Assembly: GCA_963664705.1 (NCBI GenBank)
Contig: OY761556.1
Span: forward strand, 6,400,001-6,464,000
Length of the DNA stretch: 64,000 nucleotides
Reading direction: 5' to 3'
Origin: Acidobacteriota bacterium
GTDB taxonomy: Bacteria > Acidobacteriota > UBA6911
Notes under the pieces: generated by a model
What the model was told of the DNA's origin: nothing
Database searches by the model: none
What the model saw: the letters and a program-made list of their open reading frames with translations, nothing else
Position numbers and translations under genes: made by a program
Shown: positions 37,606 through 46,469 of the stretch, piece by piece
Numbering within the stretch: the stretch's first letter is position 1
How the letters are laid out: each line of letters opens with the position of its first letter

Positions 37606-39105
37606 ATGGTGAATTCATCGAATATAGTTCTGCTCGAACACCCACGCGTTCCTTCCGCAGATCACTTCAATGACATTGCGAATACTCCGCTATGGTCTTG
37701 TCTGATGACCGGCTATGCGGCATCCGCGCTTGTCAATTCAGGCCACAACGTAAGGATAATGGACGCAGCCGAAGTCTCATTTGAAAAAACTGCCGAAATG
37801 CTGATGGAAGCCGCCCCGGATATTCTTGCGGTTCACGCGGTTTATTTCTGGGAAAATACTGGAAAACTTTTCGACATGCTCGGCGAATTGAGACGGAAGG
37901 CGTACCGCGGAACGATCTGTCTTTTCGGTTTTTTCCCGACGCTGGTCTGGCAGGACATTCTTCAGGAGGTGGAAGCGGTCGATTGCGTCGTTGTCGGCGA
38001 GCCGGAGGATGTGCTGGTCGAACTCGCAGCAGGCATCGCTTCCTCTGGAGAACCGCAGCCATCGCCCGGGCTGGCGGTAAGGCGCCAAGGCAGGCCAGTG
38101 CTTGCCTGTCTCCATGAATCTATAGCGCCACTCGACAGGCTTCCGTTCCCCGCAAGGCCCAACCTCGAAAATGACCAAACTATCAGCATTCTTGCAAGTC
38201 GTGGCTGCTACAACGGGTGTTCTTTCTGCCTTGTCCCGACTATCGATGGAGGCAGGCCCGTCTGGCGAGGTCGCTCAGTCGCCAGCATTACGGCAGAGAT
38301 CAATGATCTCGTGATGCGCGGGAAAAATGATTTCTATTTTGTGGATCCAAACTTTGTCGGGCCCGGTGAGATGGGGCAAACGAGCGCTATCACGCTCGCC
38401 GATGCACTTTCAGAGTTATGCATTACCTTCGGACTGGAGACCAGGGCGAACGATGTTACGAAACCTCTTCTTAGATCCTTGCGCAACGCAGGTCTCACAA
38501 GCATGCTTCTCGGCATAGAAAGCGCCAGCCAACAGGTCCTCCATAGACTATTTAAGCGGACCAATGTTGATGAGAACGAAAGGGCAATTGTCGAAGTTCG
38601 TGATGCAGGAATAGATCCGGAAATTGGATTCATTATGTTCGATCCGATGAGCACTATTGAGGATATCCAAAAGAACCTGGATTTCCTCGAACGTAATCGT
38701 CTCCTCAGCCGTTTGGGCCGGACTGTAAACCTCTTGTGTCATGAACAAATAGCGTTCAAAGGAACACCCGGTTATCGGATTGCAGAAAAGCAGGGCACAA
38801 TGGCCGCGGAAGGTCTTTTCGGATTTGAGGGAAGGTTAAGATATGAAGACTGGCGTGTTGGATGGTTAGCCGGGATGATGAAGTTAATATGTGGAAGGAT
38901 CCTGACTCAAATGGGAAAACAAGATTCACAGATCCACTGGCGGATTGAGAGTTCCGGTGCAGGTCCTTTCCAGACAGTTAACGATAATCTGGTGGACTCA
39001 TTCAGGAAGCTGCATGACACGGCCGCACATCTGGCAAGCCAGCCGGAAGAAGCCTGGACTCGAAGCCAGCTGGCCGGCGCGCTGAACAAAATTTATAAAG
39101 CATAA
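37606..39105 (+). CDS. bzaE: B12-binding radical SAM methylase
   Basis: HFNDIANTPL, ASRGCYNGCSFC, GIES and GFIMFDP; follows bzaD. Confidence 0.75.
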   Translation: MVNSSNIVLLEHPRVPSADHFNDIANTPLWSCLMTGYAASALVNSGHNVRIMDAAEVSFEKTAEMLMEAAPDILAVHAVYFWENTGKLFDMLGELRRKAYRGTICLFGFFPTLVWQDILQEVEAVDCVVVGEPEDVLVELAAGIASSGEPQPSPGLAVRRQGRPVLACLHESIAPLDRLPFPARPNLENDQTISILASRGCYNGCSFCLVPTIDGGRPVWRGRSVASITAEINDLVMRGKNDFYFVDPNFVGPGEMGQTSAITLADALSELCITFGLETRANDVTKPLLRSLRNAGLTSMLLGIESASQQVLHRLFKRTNVDENERAIVEVRDAGIDPEIGFIMFDPMSTIEDIQKNLDFLERNRLLSRLGRTVNLLCHEQIAFKGTPGYRIAEKQGTMAAEGLFGFEGRLRYEDWRVGWLAGMMKLICGRILTQMGKQDSQIHWRIESSGAGPFQTVNDNLVDSFRKLHDTAAHLASQPEEAWTRSQLAGALNKIYKA

Positions 39106-39150
39106 AAGAAGGCGGACGCGAGAACGCAGCATCAGCTGTCGCCACTCAAG

Positions 39151-39765
39151 TCAGGCATCTTGGATTCGGGCAGCTAACGGCGGCTTTATCTGTTCCTGGA
39201 CACGGAGAATGGCCCCGGATGGCAGTATAGCTTTGATACCTTCAATATCCTGATGGCTGAGTAAGCCGCGAGCAAAAGTGGTCCGAAACTCATGGTTCAC
39301 GTCGCTTTCGGTCAACAGCCGGATGCTGGCTTTCAGGTTGTCGACTTCAGCTCTTGTTCCGGATAATAAATCATATTTTCCCCAGGGAGCTTTGATGTCC
39401 ATCGCGACATAACTCAAGGTCCCCACAGCCAGCAATTTTTCGATCGTGTGTGGGCGACTGCCGTTCGTGTCTAACTTTATGGCGAATCCCATTCGATGTA
39501 TCTCTTCAATAAATTCAGGCAGATCCGCTTGCAACGTAGGTTCTCCTCCACATAAAACAACTCCATTAAGGACACCCTTGCGATAATGAAGCTTCTCCAG
39601 AATACCTGAAGGAGGAATCAGCCGATCAGCGGACACAATTGATGAAAGCAGGCTTTGGTTGTGACAATAGGGACAGCGGAAGTTGCATCCTTGTAAAAAG
39701 ACCACGGCTGCCACCTTTCCCGGGAAATCACACAAGCTGCAGGATTGGAATCCGCCGATATTCAT
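39151..39765 (-). CDS. nrdG: Anaerobic ribonucleotide reductase activating radical SAM protein
   Basis: GCNFRCPYCHN, GGEPT and KLDTNGS. Confidence 0.9.
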   Translation of the reverse strand: MNIGGFQSCSLCDFPGKVAAVVFLQGCNFRCPYCHNQSLLSSIVSADRLIPPSGILEKLHYRKGVLNGVVLCGGEPTLQADLPEFIEEIHRMGFAIKLDTNGSRPHTIEKLLAVGTLSYVAMDIKAPWGKYDLLSGTRAEVDNLKASIRLLTESDVNHEFRTTFARGLLSHQDIEGIKAILPSGAILRVQEQIKPPLAARIQDA

Positions 39766-41903
39766 CTTGTTGCCTCAATATGAAAAGATTGACGTATGGT
39801 AAATTCCGCCTGCTTGCCCGCATTCCATTGATTTACCGGCCGCAGATAACCGACAACGCGTGAGTAGACTTCGGTGTCCTTCTGACACTGAGGACACTGA
39901 GGAATTGCTCCTTTGATATAACCGTGCTCCGCGCAGATTGAAAATGAAGGAGTGAGGGTGAAGTAGGGAAGGCGGTAATTTGCGCAGATTGCGCGCACGA
40001 ATTGCTTTACAGCTTCGGGATCGGGAACGGCCTCTCCAAGAAAAATATGCTGAACGGTCCCTCCCGTATATCTTGATTGAAGCTCATCCTGCAGATCCAT
40101 AACCTGAAATATGTCGTTAGAATAATTGACCGGCAGTTGAGTTGAATTCGTGTAGAAGGGTTCAATGTCCGCCGACGGGCGAGCAGATTGAATATCGGGA
40201 TATAGTTTAGCATCCATGCGAGCCAGGCGATAGCTCGTTCCTTCTGCGGGAGTGGCCTCCAGGTTATAGAGATTTCCCGTTTCATCCTGAAATTTTCCGA
40301 GCTGCTCGCGCATAGAATCCAGCACGCGACAGGCAAATGCGCGTCCTTCCGGAGATCCAATATCCTTTCCCAACAGGTTGAGACAAGCTTCATTCATGCC
40401 CACCAGGCCGATTGTAGAGAAATGATTCTTCCAATAGCAACCGAATCGCTTGCGAATATCGCGCAGATAAAAGCGCGTATAAGGATACAAATCCTGATCG
40501 GTAAACTGCTCGAGCACCTTGCGCTTGATTTCCAGGCTTGTCTTGGCAATTTCCATGAGCAAACTCAGTTGCTGCATAAATTCGGATTCGCTTTTCGACA
40601 AATAGCCAAGCCGGGGCATATTGATTGTTACGACTCCAATAGAACCCGTAAGAGGATTTGCACCAAAGAGTCCGCCGCCGCGGCGTTCCAGCACTCTCGT
40701 GTCCAGGCGCAAGCGGCAACACATGGATCGCGCATCATCCGGCGACATGTCGGAATTGACAAAATTGGCAAAATAGGGAATTCCGTATTTTGCCGTGGCT
40801 TCCCATAGCGGATTCAATCCCGGATTCTCCCAGTCGAATTCCGCCGTAATGTTGTATGTGGGAATTGGGAAAGTGAATACGCGCCCATTAGCATCGCCTT
40901 CAGTCAGAATTTCCAAAAAAGCGCGGTTGAAGACATTCATTTCATGCTGAAATTCGCCGTAACACTCCTGCTGCGGCTCGCCGCCGATTATCACAGGGTG
41001 ATTCGCCAGATGGCGCGGCGGCTGCAGATCCAGCGTCACATTTGAAAATGGAGTCTGAAATCCAACGCGCGTGGGCACATTGACATTGAACAGAAACTCC
41101 TGAAGCGCCTGTTTGACTTCGCGCTCATCAAGTTCATCCGCACGGATAAATGGGGCCAAAAGCGTATCGAAGTTTGAAAAAGCCTGCGCTCCGGCAGCTT
41201 CTCCCTGCAGCGTGTAGAAGAAATTGACGATCTGCCCGAGGATTGAACGGAAATGGCGAGCGGGGCGGCTGGCGGCCTTGCCCGGCACTCCCATGAATCC
41301 TGACCGCAGCAAATCCTGCAAATCCCATCCCACACAATAAACGGAAAGAAGTCCGAGATCGTGCAAATGCAAGCTGCCGCTCACATGCGCTTCGCGCACT
41401 TCGGCAGGATAAATTTTATTGAGCCAATAGATCTCGCTGACGTGCCCGGCAATGTAATTATTCAAGCCCTGTAGTGAATAGGCCATATTGCTGTTTTCCT
41501 TGATCTTCCAATCCGATCGTTTCAGATATTGGTCGATCAAGTCCAGATCCGCCTGTTGCACCATTTCGCGGATACGGGCGTGCTGATCGCGATAGAGGAT
41601 GTAAGCCTTCGCTGTCTTCTTAAAAGGAGAAGCTAGTAGAGTCTCTTCGACCAGGTCCTGAATCCTCTCAACGGTTGGGATTGATGGCTGGAGCATACAA
41701 TGCGCAACGGCAAGGACTCTGCAGGTGAGAGATAGCGCCATTTCCTCTGAGAACTCACCTGTGGCATGGCCTGCCTTCAAAATCGCCCGAGCAATTTTCT
41801 GACTGTCAAATGGAACAAGTCGCCCATCGCGCTTGCGAATTTGCTCGAACCGGACAGTTGGCTGCTCGATAGCATTTGGGATTGCCATTGTGCTATTGGA
41901 CAT
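39762..41903 (-). CDS. nrdD: Class III anaerobic ribonucleoside-triphosphate reductase with ATP cone
   Basis: IRKRDGR ATP cone, SMCCRL, EATPAE, Zn site C..H...CPQC and glycyl-radical motif RVVGYL. Confidence 0.95.
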   Translation of the reverse strand: MSNSTMAIPNAIEQPTVRFEQIRKRDGRLVPFDSQKIARAILKAGHATGEFSEEMALSLTCRVLAVAHCMLQPSIPTVERIQDLVEETLLASPFKKTAKAYILYRDQHARIREMVQQADLDLIDQYLKRSDWKIKENSNMAYSLQGLNNYIAGHVSEIYWLNKIYPAEVREAHVSGSLHLHDLGLLSVYCVGWDLQDLLRSGFMGVPGKAASRPARHFRSILGQIVNFFYTLQGEAAGAQAFSNFDTLLAPFIRADELDEREVKQALQEFLFNVNVPTRVGFQTPFSNVTLDLQPPRHLANHPVIIGGEPQQECYGEFQHEMNVFNRAFLEILTEGDANGRVFTFPIPTYNITAEFDWENPGLNPLWEATAKYGIPYFANFVNSDMSPDDARSMCCRLRLDTRVLERRGGGLFGANPLTGSIGVVTINMPRLGYLSKSESEFMQQLSLLMEIAKTSLEIKRKVLEQFTDQDLYPYTRFYLRDIRKRFGCYWKNHFSTIGLVGMNEACLNLLGKDIGSPEGRAFACRVLDSMREQLGKFQDETGNLYNLEATPAEGTSYRLARMDAKLYPDIQSARPSADIEPFYTNSTQLPVNYSNDIFQVMDLQDELQSRYTGGTVQHIFLGEAVPDPEAVKQFVRAICANYRLPYFTLTPSFSICAEHGYIKGAIPQCPQCQKDTEVYSRVVGYLRPVNQWNAGKQAEFTIRQSFHIEATR

Positions 41904-42102
41904 TTGAGTCTTTCCTCCTAAGCGCCGCGAGCAGATACGCTCCGTTCGGGTGTCTGAGAACTTGTCTGTAGGGGCAGAAGAAAATCCGTTTCGCAGCTTC
42001 AGCTGAACAATGTGATTTTCAATCTGGGAGAGAATACGACATGCAGGCTCCCAAGCCGCCCCTCGGCAACTGGTTATTGTTGATAAAGCTTCTTTGCTAT
42101 CG

Positions 42103-42262
42103 GCAGGTTTTCGGACTTACAGGCATGCTGCCTAACCCTAATTGCCGTCGCTTCCCAGTTCCAAAAAACCAGTGCTTATTTGACGGCGTTCGTTCCTGCT
42201 TACCGCTGCGGGGCAGTCCCAGACTTTCACCGGGTTCCCTTTTGGTCAATGTGATAACCGAT
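42103..42262 (-). ncRNA. Cobalamin riboswitch 7 (upstream of nrdD)
   Basis: Minus strand AAGGGAACCCGGTGAAAGTCTGGGACTGCCCCGCAGCGGTAA...GCACTG...GGGAAGC...AGTCCGAAAACCTG. Confidence 0.9.
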
Positions 42263-42267
42263 AACCT

Positions 42268-42314
42268 ACACAATATATTGGGGTGGCGACGGCATTGTCA
42301 ACAACTTATTGTGG
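42268..42314. promoter_or_regulatory. Tandem NrdR boxes overlapping the nrdD promoter
   Basis: ACACAATATATTGGGG (42268) and CAACAACTTATTGTGG (42299), 31 bp apart, over minus-strand TTGACA-N18-TATATT. Confidence 0.75.
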
Positions 42315-42340
42315 CTGTATCGCTTCTATTTCGGTAGCTA

Positions 42341-43506
42341 GTGTAGTGCGTCATACAGATGAGCTCTTATCCAAGGTAACGCGAGCTCGTTTTACTTTTT
42401 CCAAAACATCGGTCGCTTTTGCCGTCCAGATATAGGGCTTAGGATCAGCATTATGTTGCTCGATGGCGCGATCAATCTCCGCGCGCAATTGCGAAAGGCT
42501 GGTAAATATGCCGCGCCGTATTTGTTTGTCAGTCAACTCGCGGAAAAATCGCTCGATCATGTTAAGCCAGGATGCACTCGTCGGAGTAAAGTGAACATGG
42601 AACCGAGAGTGGTGTTTCATCCAACTTTGAACCCTCGGGTGTTTGTGTGTGCTGTAGTTATCAGCAATCAAGTGAATGGTGGTCTCTCCTGGAATCCCCT
42701 TGTCAATTTGTCTCAGGAACTCAAGCCACTCTTGGTGGCGATGCCTATCCATGCAGCTTCCAATCACTTTTCCATCCAACGTGTTCAGAGCAGCAAACAG
42801 CGTGGTCGTACCATTGCGCTTGTAATCATGAGTCATCGTTCCACAGCGTCCCTTTTTCAGCGGGAGGCCCGGCTGCGTGCGATCCAAAGCTTGTATTTGA
42901 GACTTTTCGTCAACCGACAAAACGATGGCGTGTTCAGGGGGATTGAGATACAGCCCAATGACATCTTCCAGTTTCTCTGCGAAATGCGGGTCATTACTCA
43001 GTTTGAAGGTGCGCGTGAGATGCGGCTTCAACCCATGCTGCTTCCATATACGCCGCACAGTAGCTTCGCTCACTCCAACAGCATTGGCCATGCTTCGCGT
43101 ACTCCAATGAGTAGCATCGTCGGGTTTTTCCTGCGTTGTTTTCCTGACAATATTGAGAACAACACGGTTCGAATATTTACGCTTGCGTCCAGGCCGAAAG
43201 GCATCTTTCTCAATGCCCGCGATTCTATTGATGGCAAATCGGCTTCGCCAGCGAGCAACAGTCCGACGCATAATGCCAAGTTGTGCCGCAATATCGATAT
43301 TTTGAAGATTTTCGGCAGACATAAGAATTATTTTCGCTCGCTGTACAAGACGAACAGGAACGCTTCGGCCGCGAGAGTATTTATCAAGTTGCGCTCTCTC
43401 TTCGTCCGTAAGTATCACAACAGGGGCGGTTCGCATCGCTTTCTCCTTCCAAGAGTATATACGATGCAAATCGCTTATATGTTCCCTTATTTATGACGCA
43501 CTACAC
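42341..43506 (-). mobile_element. IS630-family insertion sequence
   Basis: Terminal IRs GTGTAGTGCGTCATA / TATGACGCACTACAC, flanked by TA on each side (CTAG context). Confidence 0.92.
42351..43436 (-). CDS. IS630 transposase
   Basis: HTH region and DDE motifs [18 protein letters not shown] and [10 protein letters not shown]. Confidence 0.95.
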   Translation of the reverse strand: MRTAPVVILTDEERAQLDKYSRGRSVPVRLVQRAKIILMSAENLQNIDIAAQLGIMRRTVARWRSRFAINRIAGIEKDAFRPGRKRKYSNRVVLNIVRKTTQEKPDDATHWSTRSMANAVGVSEATVRRIWKQHGLKPHLTRTFKLSNDPHFAEKLEDVIGLYLNPPEHAIVLSVDEKSQIQALDRTQPGLPLKKGRCGTMTHDYKRNGTTTLFAALNTLDGKVIGSCMDRHRHQEWLEFLRQIDKGIPGETTIHLIADNYSTHKHPRVQSWMKHHSRFHVHFTPTSASWLNMIERFFRELTDKQIRRGIFTSLSQLRAEIDRAIEQHNADPKPYIWTAKATDVLEKVKRARVTLDKSSSV

Positions 43507-43759
43507 TAGGCATAATCTAACAACACCTGTCTTTGGTGTAAGATAACCGGCATGGGCGTGATTTCTATTCATTTCCAACGAGAAGATGCCCAATTGCGGA
43601 GATCGCCAGGATCCTGGGATCTTCCAAGCTGATTTTTTCAAGTAGATTAAAGAGCTTTGCCTTTACTTGCAGTAACCGCCCGCCACGCTATTTGGTTATA
43701 ACATTTGTCTCTTAAAAGAGCTTGACCCTGAGTTTAAGCAAAGATACCATCCTTCCATT

Positions 43760-43786
43760 GTATTACGAATATAATATGTGTGTTAC
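43760..43786. promoter_or_regulatory. Predicted NikR box 1
   Basis: GTATTAC-N13-GTGTTAC just before the Gate-domain gene; overlaps TATAAT. Confidence 0.7.
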
Positions 43787-44772
43787 GACACAGAGGAATC
43801 GGGGAGGATGGGTTGAACTTGCCGGCAATTCTTGGAGCATCCCTTGTGTCGACGGGCAAGTTCCTGCTTACCGTTATTCCTCTTTTTATATTGGGCGTAA
43901 TACTTGCTCAGCTACTTGTTGAGCTTCGATGGATTGATAAGCTGTCCTGGCTTGCCCGTCCTCTGATGCGGCTTGGCCATCTTCACCCCGAATGTGCCGG
44001 AAGTTTTTTAGTCGCCATTATCTCTCCCACAGCAGGACATTCAATGCTCGCCCGCTATCATAGTGAGAAGCGCATAAGCAGATCCGAATTGATTATCTCT
44101 GCCATCATGAATGCGCTTCCGGGCTACATCGCCCAAGGGCGCAGCATCCTGCCGGTGACGATGCCTCTGCTGGGCGTTTTCGGCCTAATCTACTATGGCC
44201 TGGTTTTGCTGGCAGATCTGATAAAGACGCTGGTCCTGCTGACAATCGGCCGGTTCATTCTTCCTCGACCTGATGCCACCGAACTGAAGTCGGAGGAAGC
44301 CTCAAAAGCAAAGCGGCCAAGCATTAAGGACGCTCTTCTAAATTCGGTGAGGGATTCCCGAAAGATTATCCCCAAAACCCTTAAGACGCTGATTCCGTTT
44401 GCATGGGCAGCCTTCCTATTGATCGGGTTTGGTGTGTTTGACTATGCGGCCAAGCATCTTGGCGTTGTTGCCCGCTATTTCCCCGTGCCGCAAGCGTCTT
44501 TGCCAATCATTGCAGCTCGATTGATCAGCCCTATCGGCGCCTACACAATGGCCGGAGGATTGCTGTCTAAGGGAGTGCTGGCAGGCAATGACGTTGTAGT
44601 TGCCCTGCTGGTTGGCACACTGCTGTCGACGTTGCCCAATATCCGATACTTGGTCCCGTATTACTTCGGGATTTTCGGCGCAGTGATTGGAACCCAGTTG
44701 GTAATCGTGTCCACTGTCATGCGGATTCTTGTGTTCGCCGCAATGGTAGGAGTCGTATCGCTGCTGCGTTGA
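43780..44772 (+). CDS. Nucleoside-recognition (Gate) domain membrane protein
   Basis: Two repeats of a hydrophobic Gate-like unit (LARPLMRLGHLHPEC...); true start probably TTG at about 43813 after GGAGG. Confidence 0.65.
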   Translation: MLRHRGIGEDGLNLPAILGASLVSTGKFLLTVIPLFILGVILAQLLVELRWIDKLSWLARPLMRLGHLHPECAGSFLVAIISPTAGHSMLARYHSEKRISRSELIISAIMNALPGYIAQGRSILPVTMPLLGVFGLIYYGLVLLADLIKTLVLLTIGRFILPRPDATELKSEEASKAKRPSIKDALLNSVRDSRKIIPKTLKTLIPFAWAAFLLIGFGVFDYAAKHLGVVARYFPVPQASLPIIAARLISPIGAYTMAGGLLSKGVLAGNDVVVALLVGTLLSTLPNIRYLVPYYFGIFGAVIGTQLVIVSTVMRILVFAAMVGVVSLLR

Positions 44773-44812
44773 AGCACTTCGATAGCGCTTCGGAAAGGAT
44801 GACTGGAGGTTT

Positions 44813-45388
44813 GTGATGGTGGATTGGACTCAGGCGAAAGAAGACACTTACTATCGAGCACGCCAGCTTGAGGAAGAGGCTCGAAGGACCGGGACTGTGG
44901 AAGCATGGCAGCAATACGCCACCCTCAAAGCTGCTAAGGGAAGCTATGTCCTGGCTTGCCATGGATTCTTCAGCGGAGCCCTGATTTGTGAACAGGCGAG
45001 TAACATTGATCAAGCATTCAGTCTATATGCTCAGGCATTTCAAAATGCCCGGCGCGCAAAAAGCAAAGAACTCGCCGTAATGGTCGCCTATCGTCACGCT
45101 CTTCTTGCGGAACGAGCAGAACAGTTGAAAGCCTGCATAGAGATCTACGAAGCACTCGGAGTATTCGCCGAAGAACTCAAAAACTATTTTATCGCCGCCG
45201 ATGCCTATGAGCACGCGGCAGAGATGAGAATTAGGGCAGGACAATCAATTGGGGATTATAGGAAGCCGATCGAGCAGTGGGAAAAGAATGCCGCTTACTG
45301 GCGCGAGCAAGGCCATGAGGATGATGCATCCTGGAGCGAATGGCACGTCGCACTCTATAAAAAGGTTTTCGGAGTTCATGCGAAATGA
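44813..45388 (+). CDS. Helical-repeat (TPR/SNAP-like) hypothetical protein
   Basis: Ala-rich amphipathic helices (ADAYEHAAE); RBS GGAGG; overlaps the next gene. Confidence 0.65.
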   Translation: MMVDWTQAKEDTYYRARQLEEEARRTGTVEAWQQYATLKAAKGSYVLACHGFFSGALICEQASNIDQAFSLYAQAFQNARRAKSKELAVMVAYRHALLAERAEQLKACIEIYEALGVFAEELKNYFIAADAYEHAAEMRIRAGQSIGDYRKPIEQWEKNAAYWREQGHEDDASWSEWHVALYKKVFGVHAK

Positions 45389-46449
45389 TTGGAATACTCT
45401 TCCACGGACCCGAAGTGTTTGATTCAGGATGGGCAAAGAAAATTGTCCAGGTTCTCAGCACGCTGGGTTCATTGCATTGTGTTCTTGCCGGCACTATGGG
45501 GAGAACGGCCGCAATTGACAGCGGACTGCCGGATATTCAATGCCCTGGCATGCAGCCCAGTCAGATCCTGAAAGATCTCAAAAATAGAGTCAGCCAAGTG
45601 ATTTTTGCCAACTACGGCAAATCTCCGGATTCCGGCTTGCTGCACGGAGCGATGATTGCCGCAAAGGCCGATGTTGATTTCCCCCTGGTCCAAATTGAAT
45701 GCTCGGCCGGCTGGTTGGTCGAGCTATATGTGGGCTGCTCAACCGAGGTTATTGAAGCTCTTGAGAATCAGCTTGGGCTCAAAAAACATGCGTCCGTCGA
45801 GACGGCGCCTACGGTTTGGGAACGGAATGGCAGAATCTGCCGAAAGCTCACGACTGCGGTCGCCGAAGACTTTGTGCTTGCAGATGGAATAGTGATCGGC
45901 AAAGCGCTGGGAGGAGAGATTGTCATTGAGTGCAATGGCCGCCACATTGCGAAAACCAGCGGCATTGAGATCAAGACGCATGGACTTGAAAAACTCGATC
46001 GTCGCGGCGGCATTGATTTGAAATCCGTCAAATTGGCCACAACCCGCACGCTGCGGCGAATGGAGCACACGCCTCGCATTACGAAACAGGCGGGCAAAGG
46101 CATGGCATTCGTGGATCATTCTGCCATCCGGGTTTATGACCAGGTTCGAAATGTGGAAGGCGCTGTGACAGTGGGAGACGACACAACTGCAATCGTTGGC
46201 GACATCCTCTATAGGTTCGGCATCCCTGTAATCGGGATCACCGATGGGGACCGTGACGTCATTCTTGAAAATGCCCGAATGACTCCTGGCTCCGTGGTTT
46301 TCACAGTACGCCAGGATGATGTTTTTGGCCTTAGCGTTTTTTCGAAGGTGTTCCAGGATCAGCCAATTATCAAAGAATCATTCAAAACCGTACGGCAGCG
46401 AATCTCGGCCATAATCGGAGATCAGCTTGTCCGCGAGCAGGAATTCTAA
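45385..46449 (+). CDS. DUF2117-like protein (family typical of methanogenic archaea)
   Basis: GILFHGPEVFDSG, GTMGRTAAID, NYGK, DGIVIG and VTVGDDTT...GDILYRFGIPVIGITDGD. Confidence 0.72.
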   Translation: MIGILFHGPEVFDSGWAKKIVQVLSTLGSLHCVLAGTMGRTAAIDSGLPDIQCPGMQPSQILKDLKNRVSQVIFANYGKSPDSGLLHGAMIAAKADVDFPLVQIECSAGWLVELYVGCSTEVIEALENQLGLKKHASVETAPTVWERNGRICRKLTTAVAEDFVLADGIVIGKALGGEIVIECNGRHIAKTSGIEIKTHGLEKLDRRGGIDLKSVKLATTRTLRRMEHTPRITKQAGKGMAFVDHSAIRVYDQVRNVEGAVTVGDDTTAIVGDILYRFGIPVIGITDGDRDVILENARMTPGSVVFTVRQDDVFGLSVFSKVFQDQPIIKESFKTVRQRISAIIGDQLVREQEF

Positions 46450-46469
46450 GCACAACGAGAGGTATATGA

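Noticed and set aside
42453-43496. 347-aa plus-strand ORF
   Set aside because: It is the antisense shadow of the IS630 transposase.
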